64,000 bases of DNA from Chiloscyllium plagiosum (Eukaryota), in assembly GCF_004010195.1 (NCBI RefSeq), contig NC_057749.1, forward strand, positions 6,291,933 to 6,355,932, read 5' to 3'. A program made the translations under genes and the position numbers. Shown in pieces: positions 1 to 13,190 of the stretch (position 1 is its first letter; each line of letters starts with the position of its first letter). Under the pieces are notes generated by a model. It saw only the letters and a list, made by a program, of their open reading frames with translations, was not told the origin of the DNA and searched no databases.

Positions 1-134
1 ATCACATCTCCATTATCCAGGCTTCATTACTCAGCTTGTTCCTCTCTGAATGCCTTCTGATTTACCACAGAGCGACATGTGCAGTCTGACAGCAATAAAC
101 CAGGAGCTGCACCCAGGAGACAGTCATATATATA

Positions 135-460
135 CTCAAGAAGGACGTGCATTTATATAGAATCGTTCACAACCACGGCAAAGGAAAATTTCTTTCCGAC
201 TTTAGTTGCTGGTGCAGTGTAGGAAGGACAGCAGTCAATTTGCGCACAGCAAGCTTCCGCAAACCACACTCTGATGGTGATCAGATTATCTCTGCTGATG
301 ACTGAAGGTTAAATATTGGCCAGACACCACACATAAGTACTATACAACTCTGCAAAAGTTTGTCATAGGATCCATCAGAAAGCCCTCAGCATAATCTCAT
401 GTCTAGAAGATGGCTTTGCTGAGGTGTGGCAGAATCTCTCAGTACTGCAAAGAAGCATCA
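135..460 (-). mobile_element. Old Deu-domain SINE (SacSINE1/AmnSINE1-like), decayed
   Basis: Reverse complement contains GGAAGCTTGCTGTGCGCAAATTGACTGC and a CTATATAAATGCA tail, recognised as DeuSINE 3' motifs. Related fragments lie near 4540-4660, 28330-28480 and 34290-34420. Confidence 0.5.
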
Positions 461-624
461 CTGTTGATTGTTCTGGACAGATGAATTCAACTCCTGACCA
501 ATTTAAAGGATCCCATACCCACAGCCAGCAGAACAAACGTAACATACAAAAGACCCTGCAAGGACTGCAACAAACATTACATTGGACAAACCAGCAGGAA
601 TATGTAAGCACCAATTAGCCACTG

Positions 625-963
625 GTGGTCGCTGGGAATTTGTTTCCCTAGTTGAGGAGACTAGGGCCCGTGGGCACAGCCTTAGAATTAGGGGTGGTCA
701 ATTTAGAACGGAAATGAGGAGACATTTCTTCAGCCAGAGAGTGGTGGGCCTGTGGGATTCATTACCATGGAATACAGTGGAGGCCAGGACATTATATGTC
801 TTCAAGGCAGAGATTGATAAATTCTTGATCTCGCAAGGAATTAAGGGATATGGGAAGAGTGCGGGTAAGTGGCGTTGAAATGTCCATCAACCATGATTGA
901 TTGGCGGAGTGGACTCGATGGGCCGAATGGCCTCACTTCCACTCTATGTCTTATGGTCTTATG
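625..963 (+). mobile_element. CR1 LINE 3' end
   Basis: Encodes RARGHSLRI...FFSQRVVGLWDSLP...FKAEIDKFL and ends in a TATGGTCTTATG tail. Near-identical subfamily copy at 10373-10736. Confidence 0.9.
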
Positions 964-1236
964 ACCAACTATCACTAATATCCATACACACAGACGCAGA
1001 GGGACATCAGCTTGACAGGGACAACATATCCATCCTGGGATCAGCCAAACAAAGACACTCACTGGAATTCCGGCAGGCCTGGCATTCAAACTGGAACTCC
1101 ATCAATAAATACATCGATTTGGACCCCATTTGCCAATCTCTCAGATCCAGAACCAGAAATGATACCACCCACCAAAACAGACCAAGACACATAAATTGCC
1201 AGCGGTACAAAATGCTAGCGCTTCACGAGAGACTCG

Positions 1237-1270
1237 CTGATGATGTTAGCTAGTATGGTGATGCAACGTC
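1237..1270 (+). ncRNA. Degenerate hammerhead-like motif (family D, Penelope terminus)
   Basis: CTGATGA-TGTTAGC-TAGTAT-GGTGAT-GCAACGTC; the core GAAA is mutated to GCAA. Confidence 0.55.
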
Positions 1271-1469
1271 TGAAAACAAACCCATCATCAGCAAGCAGAC
1301 AACCTGCTAATCCTCTTGTCAAAAGTAAGAATGACAGCCACACAAATTCAACTCACACCCAAACAAGGGAGAGAAAAGGCCACTAAAACCAATATATCGA
1401 GTACCCTGCTTCCTGTTCACAGTCAGTGATATACATTTATTTGTATTAGCTTTTGGAGCTGGATTCATA

Positions 1470-1997
1470 TGATCAGATAGACAGGATAGTGAAGAAGGTG
1501 TTTGGTATATTTACCTTTATCAATCAATGAATTGAATATAGAGGTTGGGGGTGTCATTTGCAGTTGCAAAGGCCATTGGTTAGGTTACTTTTGGAATACT
1601 GTGAACATTCTGGTCTCCCTGCTATAGGAAAGATGTTATGAAAATTGAAAGAGTTCAGAAAAGATTTACAAGGATGTTGCCAGGGTTGGAGGGTTTGAGC
1701 TATAGGGAGAGGCTGAATAGACTGCGGCAGTTTTCCCTGGAGCATCAGAGGCTGAGGGGTGATCTTATAGAAGTTTATAAATCACGTGGGGCATGGATAG
1801 GATGAATAGTCAAGGTCTTGTCCCCAGGGTAGGGGAGCCCAAAACTAGAGGGCATGGGTTTAAGGTGAGAGGGGAAAAATGGGAAGGGTATAGGATTTGG
1901 GCTAAATGCTGGCAAATGGGACTAATTTAGAAAATCTGGTCGACATGGATAAGGTGGACTGAAGGGTCTGTTTCTGTGTTGTACATCTCTATGACTA
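1470..1997 (+). mobile_element. CR1/HER1-type LINE, 5'-truncated
   Basis: RT C-terminal region followed by the TCTCTATGACT tail shared with many copies in the window. Confidence 0.9.
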
Positions 1998-2863
1998 ATG
2001 AGAGTATACATGGCTCAGTTATTCTTGCTATAGGTTGCTCCTCCAAGTTAGAGCAATAGGAAGAGGCAATAACCTAAAGATGATTGTCACCTAACTAATA
2101 ACCCAGTGACCTCGGGTCCCAGGTTAGATATCCCACAATCACAGAAAATTGAACTTAATTTCAATGTGAAATCTGAAATTAAAACTCTAACAATAACCAT
2201 GATGTCATTGTCAGAAAAAACTCATCTGGGACTGTGATTTCCAGCATTTGTTGTTTTCCTCAGGTCTTAATTTCTTTTTGTGGTTAGTTGGTTATCTCTA
2301 TGGGTTAATGAGCACCGGGTCCAGAACTATACCTGAGCTTGTTTTGCATGAGCAGTTTTCTCTGTGCTCCAGGTCCTTCTAAGGAGCCAGCCGTTCCTTC
2401 CAACAAGGCTGCTGCTGTCTGTTTAATTGGACACCATGTGCCCTTTGCCCAATTAGGATATTTACATTGAAGAACAGCAAAGCAAGAATGGTGCCACTGA
2501 GCCTGAGGTCAGGATATGGAATTTATCTTGAGTTTAGGTTACTGAGCACACTTTGAAAATCTGGGCCCATAATAGCCCAATTTTTGTCCAATTTTGCCCT
2601 CAACATTTGAAAGAAGTCATGGTGTAGTGGTAATGTCACTTAACTTGTAACTAATAGGCGTATATTAACATCCTCACATGTGGTTCAAACTCCATCATGG
2701 TAGTCAAGGGATTCAATATTTAAACAACAAATGTGGAACATAAAGAGCTGTAATGGTAGTGTCTTTATCTCTGACCCTGGAAGCTGGATTCAATTCTCAC
2801 CTGCTCTGGAAGTATGTAATAAAACTTTAAAATCCAGAAGCTCTTACACCCAACTGAGCTAGC

Positions 2864-3190
2864 TGGCATGATAGCTCAGTTGTTAGCACTGCTACTTCAC
2901 AGTGCCAGGGACACCGGTTCGATTCTACCCTCAGGTGACAGTCTGTGTGGGGTTCGTACATTCTCCCCATGTCTGTGGAAGTTTAGTCCCACAGTCCAAA
3001 GATGTGCAGGCTAAGTGGAGTGGCCATGCTAAATTGCCCCATATTGCTCAGGGATGTGCAGGCTACATGGGTTAGCCATGGGAAATGTGGGGTTATAGGG
3101 ATGAGGTGGATCTGTGTGAGATACTCTTCAGAGGATCAGTGTGGACTCGGTGAACCAAATGGCCTGCTTCCATGTTTTAGGGATTCCACT
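2864..3190 (+). mobile_element. HE1-type tRNA-derived SINE
   Basis: A box TAGCTCAGTTG, B box GGTTCGATTC, shared body, CR1-like 3' tail. Confidence 0.85.
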
Positions 3191-3302
3191 AACTTTTCTT
3201 TCACCAAATCACACAAGGTATTTTTGCATTGATTAACCCCCACCAGTTAATCTCCTGTGTTTTCAGATTGGTTAATGAGCATGCACAGCCTGTTAAGGGA
3301 AA

Positions 3303-3520
3303 CATGATGTGGAGGTGCCAGTGTTGGACTGAGGTGGACAAGTCAGAAGTCACATGACACCAGGTTATAGTCCACCAGGTTTATTTGAAATCACAACCTT
3401 TTGGAGCCCTGATCCTTTATTAAGGTGAAGTGACCTTGGTGAAGGAGCAGTGCTCCGAAAGCTCGTGATTTCAACAACCCTGTGGGACCACAACCTGGTG
3501 TTGTGTGTGACTTCTGGCTT
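3303..3520. mobile_element. Fold-back hammerhead cassette (family B)
   Basis: Inverted arms; GAAGGAGCAGTGCTCCGAAAGCTC motif; 12-bp TSD TGTTAAGGGAAA (3291-3302/3521-3532). Confidence 0.8.
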
Positions 3521-3734
3521 TGTTAAGGGAAATGCAGACCATCAAAGGTGATGGACAGGTAGGGAGAGTGGGAAGAGACTCAATCAAAATGGAATTGAAA
3601 GGGGTTGAACATGTTGATAAGAAAATATTTGTAAATGAGGGGTAGTTGGAACACAGAGGATGTTACTTGAGAATTGTGAGACTGAGCAATTCAATTAACT
3701 ATTTTTTTTAAATGTTTGGAATATAGGAAGCTCC

Positions 3735-4070
3735 TGTGGTGCCAGAAGTAATGTCCCTATCTCTGAGCAAGGAAATTAGGTTCAAGTCCCAGTGGCTTCA
3801 GTGGTGTGAAATAACATTTTTGAAGGGGGTAATTAGAATAATCTAGAATGTAAAGCTAGCTGCAATAATGGTGAGTATGACAATTATTGTCAATTGTTGT
3901 AAAAGCCCATCTGGTTCACTGATGTCCTCAAGGAAGAAAATCTCCCATCCTCGTCTGAACTGGCCTACATGTGACTCCAGACCTGCAGCAACTCTGTAAT
4001 AGCTCAACAAGCCACTCAGCTCAAGGGTTTTTAGGTTTGGGAAACAAGTAATGAAAGAATAAAAAGAGAG
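3735..4070 (+). mobile_element. Old tRNA-derived SINE (family 2)
   Basis: Shared core CCCATCTGGTTCACTGATGTCC...TGGCCTACATGTGACTCCAGAC, also at 8470-8750, 9055-9275 and 29996-30351. Confidence 0.7.
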
Positions 4071-4174
4071 AATAGCACATTTCCAGGAATGGGAAAGGTA
4101 GTATTGTTGAGTTAACTTTACAACGACTGAGTTAAATTCCATGGCCAATATTTATCATTCAACCAAATCATCTC

Positions 4175-4530
4175 GTCATAGAATCCCTATTCTATGGAAA
4201 GAGGCCATCCGGCCCATCATGGCTGCACTGTCCCTCCCAAAGAGCACCTTACCCAAGCCCAGCAGTGTGGTGCTGGGAAAGCACAGCCAGTCGGGCAGCA
4301 TCTGAGGAGCAGGAGAATTGACACTTCAAGCATAAGCTCTTCATCAGGACCCAGCATTCCCTCACTATCATTTCCCATCTGTGCACATCTGTAGACTCTT
4401 GGAAGAAACCTGATCACTTGTTAGAAATCCACACCGACAATGTGCAAACTTCACACAGGCAGTCTTCCAAGGCTGGGATCAAACCCGGATACCTGGCACT
4501 ATGAGACAGCAGTGCTGACCACTGAGCCAC
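4175..4530 (-). mobile_element. HE1-type SINE interrupted by a family A cassette (about 4262-4348)
   Basis: SINE head at 4480-4530 and tail at 4175-4225; internal TGCTGGGAAAGCACAG...TTCATCAGG insert. Confidence 0.75.
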
Positions 4531-5219
4531 TCTTGACCACACTGCTATTTATGGGAGCTTGCTGTGAGAGGATAGGCTAGCATGTTCCCAACATTAAAAC
4601 TCATAGTGAGGTGCATTTAGATTATATCCAGAGAGATGCTATACAAATGTACACAACCTTTTTCTTTTTACCATTTGCCTGGGACATATCACTTACCAGG
4701 AACAAGGACAAATCTTTCTCAAATTTGCTCCTTCCATGACATCGAGCTTCTCTGGTGACAGGCCTGAGAGGTAGGCACGAATTTACGTTCAGAATCTGCA
4801 TCCCATTCCAATTCCTAACTGAGTATTTGGCACCAGGAAACTGCAGGGAGGGTTTACAGATCGCACTATCACAAAGACCATCACCAAACCACACCAAATG
4901 TGCCTGGAACAGGCTATTCAACCCAATTGGTCCAATAGTGGTGTTTATATACCACACAAGGTGGCTTCTGTTCCTCTTCCTCTCACCACACTGGCATATT
5001 CACTTCTCCATGGCAATGCCTCCCACAACCGGAGCCACTGCCAACCAATCTGCACTCTTGTCTCATCCAGTATAGAATGTTCTTCCTCTTTCCATTGTTC
5101 TGATGGGTGCAAGATGAACAGCTTTGAGAAAATAGGTCAGTCTTCAACATTACCCACATTCCTTTCTCCTTATGTATTTATTTAAATACACCTGAGCTAA
5201 CAGATTAAATGGTGATAGT

Positions 5220-5345
5220 GATGATGAAGGAGCTGAAACATTAACTGTGCTTCCATTCCACAGATCCTGTCAGACCTGCTAAGTTTTCCCAGCAAGTTCT
5301 GCTTTTGTTTCTGATTTCCAGCATCTGCAGTCCTTTGGGATTTTT
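5220..5345 (+). mobile_element. Decayed family C cassette
   Basis: GAAACATTAAC...CAGACCTGCTAAGTTTTCCCAGCA...TCCAGCATCTGCAGT matches 29870-29963. Confidence 0.6.
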
Positions 5346-5434
5346 AAAAAATATAAAACCATGCCTGGTTCATACTGCCCTCTAATGGCTATCAGGCCCG
5401 TCTCTTTTATAAAGTGCCAGACACTTATAGAATG

Positions 5435-5580
5435 ATGTGGAGGTGTCATGTTGGACTGGGGTGGATAAAGTCAGAAGTCACACAGCGAAGTGACCTGATG
5501 AAGGAGCAGTGCTCCGAAAGCTTGTGATTTCAAATAAACCTGTTGGACTATAACCTGGTGTCATGTGACTTCTGACTTTG
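5435..5580 (+). mobile_element. Fold-back hammerhead cassette (family B)
   Basis: Short inverted arm plus long arm; 7-bp TSD TAGAATG (5428-5434/5581-5587). Confidence 0.8.
5493..5527 (+). ncRNA. Minimal type-I hammerhead ribozyme motif, intact core (family B)
   Basis: CTGATGA-A-GGAGC-AGT-GCTCC-GAA-AGCT-T-GTGA: core bases present, perfect 5-bp stem II, palindromic AGCT in place of helix III. Confidence 0.75.
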
Positions 5581-6721
5581 TAGAATGTGGCTGGTTCCTT
5601 TTTGGCCCTCAAACATTGAGCGAGTATTTCATCAGACTCCACTTCAGGATTAATTCCCTTAGGTTAAACACTTCAGAGAGCCACATTTAGCAACTGGAAA
5701 AAGTGAACTTGCTGGGGGTCTGAGCTTTCGGCAACTCAAACAAGTTAAAAGAAGCCTCTCCACACGGAGAGTAGCGAGGATGTGGAAGTCACTGTAGCGT
5801 AGAGTGGTTTGAATTATAGAGTACAGAAGCAACTCTTTGTCCCATTAGGTCTACACCGACAAAATTACTCTAATTCTGCATTAGCCCCATTGGTGAGGTG
5901 AACAATACAACTGCATTTGACGGAAAACTGGATTAATGCCTGAGGGAGAAGGTTATGGTGTCAGAGTTCAATGAAGTGGATTGAGAGAATGTTAATGTGG
6001 AACATGGGCCATTTTTGCATAGAACTGCACTAGGAATATGAATAAATTAACTGATATTTCAACTAAGCCTTGACTTGTCGAATACATTATTGGAAACATA
6101 GGATCTGCCACCCTGCCCAATTGAATTGAACACAATTGCACTCATTGACAGCCTTGAATAGACTTCAAACATTAGGCTTTCTTTTAAGAGCGATAGATAC
6201 AGTTTAAATTCAATATACTCTTTCTTTTTAATTTACTAAGGATCTGACTGTGCATCAAAATATTTTTGTTTAGTTTTTAAAAATTGTCTTCAATTGCATT
6301 CCTCATAGGTGATGGATTGGCACTCTGATTATAACAAACTTTTACGTAATAAGAGCATTTGGAACCATGTCAATGAAATTTGACCTCCTCTTAAATACAT
6401 CAACATATAATTATTTCTTAAAAGCCAATGTTTCAAGGTTTTTGAAATGACGGCTCATGGCATGTTCAGCATCCACTAAAGTGAAACTCGTAAAAGTACT
6501 TTCCTCAGAGTTTTGCTAGGGTTTGGAAAATGCTGCCTGGGAGAGTGATGGGGGCAGATTCCACTGGAGGCTTCAAAAGAGAGCTGGATGCATATTTGAA
6601 AGTGATGAAGTTAGAGGGTTATGGAAATAGGGTTGGAGAATGAGACTAGTTGGGTAGCTCTTTTGTAGCCGGTATAGATATGATGGGTTGAATGGCCTCT
6701 GTCTGTACTGTAAATTCTCTG

Positions 6722-6940
6722 TAAAGTCACCCTAGTCTTACCAGACGATAGGAGTGCCCTCTCATTAGAGAGAGACAATTGGTGTTGGTTTAACCTAAAG
6801 GTCAGCATGCCTCAGGTGAGGGGAGAGGTTGAGCAGGAGAGCCCTTCTTGGTGATCTCAGATGATGCAGGAATTGAACCCACGCTGTTGGCATTATTCTG
6901 TATCGCAAGCCAACCATCCAGCTGACTGAGCGAATGGCCT
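6722..6940 (-). mobile_element. tRNA-derived SINE (family 3)
   Basis: Minus strand has GCTCAGT...GGTTCAATTCC boxes. Homologous copies at about 18925-19040, 48395-48612 and 55828-56035. Confidence 0.7.
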
Positions 6941-7033
6941 CATTAGAAACAGTCCTCTCCAAACAAGAATACATTATTTGAGCCTTACCTGAAGGGGTAT
7001 TTACCTTAAAGCAAATCAGAGGAATAGAGGAGG

Positions 7034-7592
7034 TCATAGAGTCCTAAAATCATGGAGATATGTGGCACGGAAACAGACCCTTCAGTCCAACTTGTCCATA
7101 CTGATCAGATATCCTAACCTAATCTAGTCCCATTTATCAGCATTTGGCTCATATCCCTCCAAACCCCCTATTCATATACCCATTCAGCTGCCTTTTAAAT
7201 GCTATAATTGTACCAAGCTCCACTACTTCCTCTGGCAGCTCATTCCATACACGCACCTCTGCCCTCCACGTGAAAAATGTTGCCTCTCACCTTCCCTTTA
7301 AATCTTTCCCCTCACCCTAAACCTATGCCGTCTAGTTCTGGACTCCCTCATCCCAGGGAAAAGACCCAATCCATGCCCCTCATCCCCTCATAATTTTATA
7401 AACCTCTATAAAGTCGCCCCTCAGCCTCCGACACTCCAGGGAAAACAGCCCCAGTTTATTCAGCCTCTCCCTATAGCTCAAACCCTCCAACATCCTTGTC
7501 AATCTTTTCCGAATCCTTTCAAGTTTAACAACATCCTTCCAATAGGAAGGAGACCAGAATTGCACGCAATATTCCAAAAGTGGCCTAACCAA
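7034..7592 (-). mobile_element. CR1/HER1-type LINE, 5'-truncated
   Basis: ORF 7380-7604 LVRPLLEYCVQFWSP...RRLRGDFIEVYKIM plus 3' tail. Confidence 0.9.
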
Positions 7593-8467
7593 AGCAGAGG
7601 TCAATCAAGGATCACTCTCTTGGGAGCACAAAGATGTCTCGACACTGTCAGAGACACTAATCAACACCAGCAACATTTGGGCATTCCCAGCAGTGAACAC
7701 TGATCGCCGCATGCTCAGAATCGCTCCTCTCCCTAATAAGGTAAAAAGCTTGTTCCTCTGACAGTGCACGGACTGCTCGGTTGAATATGACAACTGCCCT
7801 GAGGCAGAGATGGCCCATAATTACTCCACAGGAGACATTCCACTGATAAGGCCAGAATGAAACAGCACTCAGGCAGTAATCAGTTTTGAGTAGTAAAGCA
7901 ATAGCTAATTCAAAGTCATTTACAGCTTTCACACCCAGACTTGATGAAAGAACTATGCGCAGTGCAGCTCCTTATATTAGTTGGAAAGATATTCTTGCAC
8001 CTGTTTTAAGGAAATGATAGAATTTAGTTATGAAGGCAAACAAATGACATTAGAGCAGGGCTTCCCAAAGTGGGGTTCAGGACCTCAAGTGAGCTCACCA
8101 GTTGTAGATTTACAATCTCCCAGGGATCAAGGACTGGCCTCGCTTGCCCCAGGCTGGAATAGGTTTCCTCCTCCTCCCCCGTCTCTCATTGAGAGCTCGC
8201 AACAGTATTTCGGCCTTGAGATGGGGTCATGGTGGGAACATGCTCGGGAGGCGCCGCACTAGCATCTGAAGTTCTAACTCCCAGTGGGGCCCATATGGAA
8301 ATGGAAGACAGTGGAAGCTTGTGTTGTTGACAGACACATGCCATTTTCCTGACTTTATCCCACTCATGGCCATTTTCCTGAACGGTGGATAGGGAGAAGC
8401 TTTCCTTTTGTGAGTGGCAGGTAGGGTAAAGGACCTAACAAGCCATAAAGGCCAAATAGGAGATGCT

Positions 8468-9275
8468 GGCACAGTGGCAATCCAGGAGCCAAGGCTACTA
8501 CTCTGAGGTCACAGGTTCAAGTCCTGCCATAGTGGAGTTTGAAATAAATCTAGCCGATAAGGCTAGGAGGTGAACATAGCAACTACTGTTCATTGTTATC
8601 TAACAGCTTCCCTAAAGTCATTTAGGGAAGGAAATCTGCTCTTCTTACCTGATCTGGCCTCTAAGTGACTGAGATCTATAGCAATTTACTTGACTCTTAA
8701 ATAGCCTAGCCAGCCATTCACCTTTGGGGGAACTTTAAGGATAGGCTGTGGAGAAGTTCATTTAGTCCTTTGAATGTGCTATGACATTCAATGGTTGATG
8801 ATCCAACTCAGTCCTCTGTTCCTGCTTTGTCCCTTCAGCCATCTATCTTCTTCTTGAGAACATTCAATGTTTTGGCCTTGCCCATTCTCTGTAGTAGAGA
8901 ATTCCACAAGCTCACCACTCTGTGGGTGAAGACATTTCTCCTCATCTTAATCCTAAATGGCCTACCCCATTTCCTTCAACTGTGACCCCCGGTTCTTGAC
9001 TCCCATGTCATTAGGAATGTCCTTCCTGCATCTAATCTCTCTAGTCCTGCTGGAATCATCGATTGTTGGCAAAACCCATCAGGTCCACTAATGTTTTTCA
9101 GGGAAGAAAATCTGCTGTCGTTACCCAGTCTGGCCTACAAGTGACTCTAGACCAACAGAAATGTGCTTCTTAAGATGGCTCTTAACTGCCCTCTGAAATA
9201 GCCTCATACATCTTTCAGTCCACAAGCAGTTAGAGACGGCCATCATATATTGACTTTGCCAGCAACACACAGATG
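8468..9275. mobile_element. Family 2 SINE pieces flanking an old minus-strand CR1 3' end (about 8750-9055)
   Basis: SINE core at 8610-8710 and 9070-9200; CR1 segment GAATTCCACAAGCTCACCACTCTGTGGGTGAAGACATTTC between them. Confidence 0.65.
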
Positions 9276-9284
9276 CGGTGAAAA

Positions 9285-9615
9285 AGCATGGTGTGGTAGG
9301 TCAGTGGTTAGCACTGCTGCCTCACAACACCAGAGATCCAGGTTCGATTCCACCCTTGGGCGACTGTCTGTGTGGACTTTGCATGTTCTCCCCGTGTCTG
9401 CGTGGGTTTACTTCGGGTGTTCAGGTTTCTTCCCATAATCTAAAGATATGCAGGTGGATTAACCATGGGAAATTGCCTACAGTGTCCAGGGTTGTGCAGG
9501 CTAATTGGGTTAGCCATGGGACATGTTAGAGTAGGGTTGGGGGTGGAAGTGTGCGATGGTCTTTGGAGGGTTAGCGTGGATTTGGTGGGCTGAATGGCCT
9601 GCATCCACTCAGTAT
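9285..9615 (+). mobile_element. HE1-type SINE
   Basis: TCAGTGGTTAGCACTGCTGCCTCAC...GGTTCGATTCC head and shared body. Confidence 0.85.
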
Positions 9616-9658
9616 GAATAAAGAGGGAAAATAATGCACCATCTTTAGTTTAAGGTTA

Positions 9659-9735
9659 GAAAAGCACATCAGGTCAGGCAGCGTCCGAGGAGCAGGAACA
9701 TCGACGTTTTGGGCAAAAACCCTTCATCAGGAATC
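9659..9735 (-). mobile_element. Family A hammerhead cassette fragment
   Basis: Minus strand reads CCTGATGAAGGGTTTTTGCCCAAAACGTCG; core G>A change at a CpG. Confidence 0.75.
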
Positions 9736-10159
9736 GCTGCTTTTATGACCTCTCTGAAAAAAAAAGCCAAGGACAGCATAACCCTTTTAAAGGAGCAACA
9801 TCATTACAATATATACCATGAGATTGCAGGTTGCATTGCAAAGCCTATCAGAAAGATTGTGTTCAATGTCAAGCAGCAAGGAGGAGTCTAGCACAAGGCT
9901 TTGTGCATTGAGCACACTCTTTTCCCAACATGGAAATGGCAGCCACCTGCATTGTCACACTTGTAGACCCAACCATGGCCGATGTGTGACCAGATGCCTG
10001 AATCCTGCCAATCAAGCTCAAATCAAAGTCACACAAACTCAGAGAGCTACAGTCATATCTGTGAATTACAGGGTCCAAAGAGATTCTAAAGGGTATCACA
10101 GCAATGCAGTAACCTGTCCCATAGTACTGTGAGCAGTTATGATCCTCTTAATTAACAAA

Positions 10160-11430
10160 AGGTAAGATTTCATTGGGATTAGTTTGATGAAGGTTCACTA
10201 GGATGATCCCTGTTCTGCAGGGATTGCCTTATGTGTAAAAGCTAAACCGGTCAGGATTCTACTCACTGGAGTTTAGAAAAATGAGAGATGATCTCATTGA
10301 AACATATCGGATTCTAAAGGGTAAGCACTGAGAGGATGTTTCCCCTCATGGGAGAGTCTAGGACTATAGGGCTTGGAGAGGCTTACATGGCTTGGAGAGG
10401 GTGGACGCTAGGAAATTGTTTCCGTTAGGCGAGAAGACTAGGACCCATGGACACAGCTTAGAATTAGAGGGGGTAAATTCAGAACAGAAATGTGGAGACA
10501 TTTCTTCAGCCAGAGAGTGGTGGGCCTGTGGAATTCATTGCTGCAGAGTGCAGTGGAGGCTGGGACGCTAAATGTCTTCAAGGCAGAGATTGATAGATTC
10601 TTGATGTCACAAGGAATTAAGGGCTACGGGGAGAATGCGGGTAAGTGGAGTTGAAATGCCCATCAGCCATGATTGAATGACGGAGTGGACTCGATGGGCC
10701 GAATGGCCTTACTTCCGCTCCTATGTCTTATGGTCTTATAGGGCATAGCCCAGAATAAAGGGGCACCAATTTAAGACTGAGATGAGGAGGAATTTTGACT
10801 CTCAGAGAATTGTGAGTACTTGGAAGCCATTGCCACAGAGAGCTGTGCAGGCAGAGTCATAGAGTCTTAGAGTCATGGAGATATACAGACCCTTCGGTCC
10901 AACCTGTCCATACCGACCAGATACCCCAATCCAATCTAGTCCCACCTGTCAGCACCTTTCCCCTCTCACCCTATACCTATTCCCTCTAGTTCTGGACTCC
11001 ACTCCAGGGAAAAGACCTTGTCTATTTATCCTATCCATGCCCCTCATGATTTTGTAAACCTCCATGAGGTCACCCCTCAGCCTCCAACGCTCCAGGGAAA
11101 ACAACCCCAGCCTGTTCAGCCTCTCCCTATAGCTCAAATCCTCGAACCCTGGCAACAGCCTTGTAACTCTTTTCTGAACCTTTACAAGTTTCACAACATC
11201 TTTCCGATAGGAAGGAGACCAGAATTGCACGCAATATTCCAACAGTGGCCTAACCAATGCCTTGTCAATATGTAAGGCTGAGACAGATAGATTCTTGATA
11301 AGAAGAGGAACCAAGGGTGATGTGGAATGGGTGGGAAAGTGAGTGTGAGGAATGTTGGATCAGCCATGATCATATTTAATGGTGGAGCAAGTTCAAGGGG
11401 ACAAATGGCCTCCTCCTGTCCTTACTTCTT
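10160..11430 (+). mobile_element. Old CR1 hosting two younger CR1 insertions
   Basis: Host resumes after a plus-strand insert (10373-10736, TSD TATAGGGC at 10365-10372/10737-10744) and after a minus-strand insert (about 10856-11264, ORF LVRPLLEYCVQFWSPSYRKD). Confidence 0.8.
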
Positions 11431-11449
11431 AACAGATTTTTAAAACATT

Positions 11450-11915
11450 TGATTCATTATTGTGACATGTACCTAGGTACAGTGAAAAGTTTTGTTTTGC
11501 ATGCAGTACAGGCAGATCTTACCATACAAAGTGCATTAGGGTCAGAGAACAGACTAAGGAATATAATGAAGGTGCATAAAGAGATCGATCAACATTAAAT
11601 TTAAAATTTGATTGGTCCATTCAGAAGTCCACTCGCAGCAGGGAAGAAGCTGTTCTTGAATCTGTTGCCGCATGTGTTTAAGCTTTTATATCTTCTTCCC
11701 AACAGATGAGATTGGAAGAGATTATAACTGGGATGGAAGGGGTGTTTGATGATGTTAGCTGCCTTCCTGAGGCAGTGGGAAATACAGATGGACTCAATGG
11801 ATGAAAAGTTGGTTTGTGTGATGGACTGGGCTGTGTTCACAATTCTCTGCAGTATCTTAAAGCCCTGGGCAGAGCAGTTGCCATACCCAGTCACGATACA
11901 TTCAGATAGAATGCT
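11450..11915 (-). mobile_element. Rex1/Babar-like LINE 3' end
   Basis: ORF 11601-11894 LQRIVNTAQSIT...HPFHPSYNLF...GRRYKS...RFKNSFFPAASGLLN resembles the Rex1/Babar C-terminus. Confidence 0.8.
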
Positions 11916-12675
11916 TTAGATCATTAGAATTGAGGCCTTGATCTGGGAGAGTGGGAGTAACTTCATGGAACACAAAGCTGGTATCTTCTGTCAAGAACAC
12001 AGCATTCAGTCTCTGATCACTGTGACTCCCTAGCACATGCTTTCGCTTGTTAACCAGGCAGTCTAGACTACAATAATTGGATACTGTGAGAAATTGGCCC
12101 CCATGGATCCCCCTCTCCTTTGCACCAGAATTAAATGGGTTATATTCTGTTTCAAACAAGCTGCAGAAACTGCAGTCAATTCATTGTGATTTAAGTTGCA
12201 ATACAAAAGAACGATAACACGGTAGACAAGTGATTAATTGCTTATTAACATTCTGCATCAGAAACACCTGCTAAAGTCCTTGAGGTGTCCAACTCAATTT
12301 GCAACCAAAACAAAACCTTTCTTATAAAAAATTTTTTAACAAATTTCCTGATCAACAAAGCTTGCCAGGTTCATGGAAGATATTTTTTATTCCTCCCTTT
12401 TCTGTCTTAGCAGAGATGCCAACCTGCTCAGAACTTGCCTATTTTTCACAATTTTGCAAAATTGCAATGGTATCACAGGTGGCCTCTGAAAGGACAAAAC
12501 TGTGATAATTTAAACTGAAAAGGGCAAGAGGTTTGGGGTCTAACTATGAAAAAGATTAATGTCCAAATCCACCATGCTGACAATGAAAGAGAAAAACAAA
12601 CTTGTACTTATGTAGGACCTTAAACAACCACAGGATTCCCCTAAACACTTTACAGCCAAACAGGCAGAGGAATGT

Positions 12676-12788
12676 AGGATGAAGGGCTTATGTCTCCTGC
12701 TCCTCAGATGCTGCCTGACCCGCTGTGCTTTTCCAGTGCCACACTTTTTGATTCTGATCTCCAGCATCTGCAGTCCTCACTTTCTCCT
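12676..12788 (+). mobile_element. Family A cassette with internally deleted hammerhead
   Basis: GATGAAGGGCTTATG joined to TCTCCTGCTCCTCAGATGCTGCCTGACC...CACTTTCTCCT. Confidence 0.75.
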
Positions 12789-12789
12789 A

Positions 12790-13190
12790 GGAACAGGAAA
12801 AGGCCATTCAGCCCCTCTAGTCTGTTTTGCCATTCAGTGTGATCATGGCTAACCTATATACTATACCTGCCTTTGGTCTGTATCCTTTAATATCTTTGCT
12901 GAAAAAACATTTATCTGCCTCAGATATGAAAGGAGCAGCTGATGTATCACCCACAGCCATTTTCAGAAGAGAGTTCCAAACATTTCCTAACCTTTGTGTG
13001 TAGAAATACTTCCTAATATCTCTCCTAAACTGCCTGGCCTTAATTCTCTGACTATACTCTCAGTTCTGGAAACTCTAACTCGTGTTTTTTTTATTATAGT
13101 TTATTATTAGCTACCTTGTCTTTTCCTGCTAATATTTTGAAGACTTTGATCAGATCACCCTTAACCTTCGAAATCCTACAGAAAGCAAGC
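12790..13190 (-). mobile_element. Old CR1 3' region
   Basis: AGGCCATTCAGCCCC...GATCATGGCT tail on the minus strand with decayed ORF2 end. Confidence 0.65.

Larger units (their letters stand above)
487..1308 (+). mobile_element. Penelope-like element 3' part (GIY-YIG endonuclease remnant plus terminus), interrupted by a CR1 fragment
   Basis: Translates as LKDPIPTASRTNVTYKRPCKDCNKHYIGQT before the CR1 and ...DNISILGSAKQRHSLEFRQAWHSNWNSINKYIDLDPI after it. Homologous to 31518-32024. Confidence 0.85.

Noticed and set aside
8034..8465. CAGGGCTTCCCAAAGTGGGG start resembling a hAT terminal repeat
   Set aside because: No matching opposite TIR or 8-bp TSD found.
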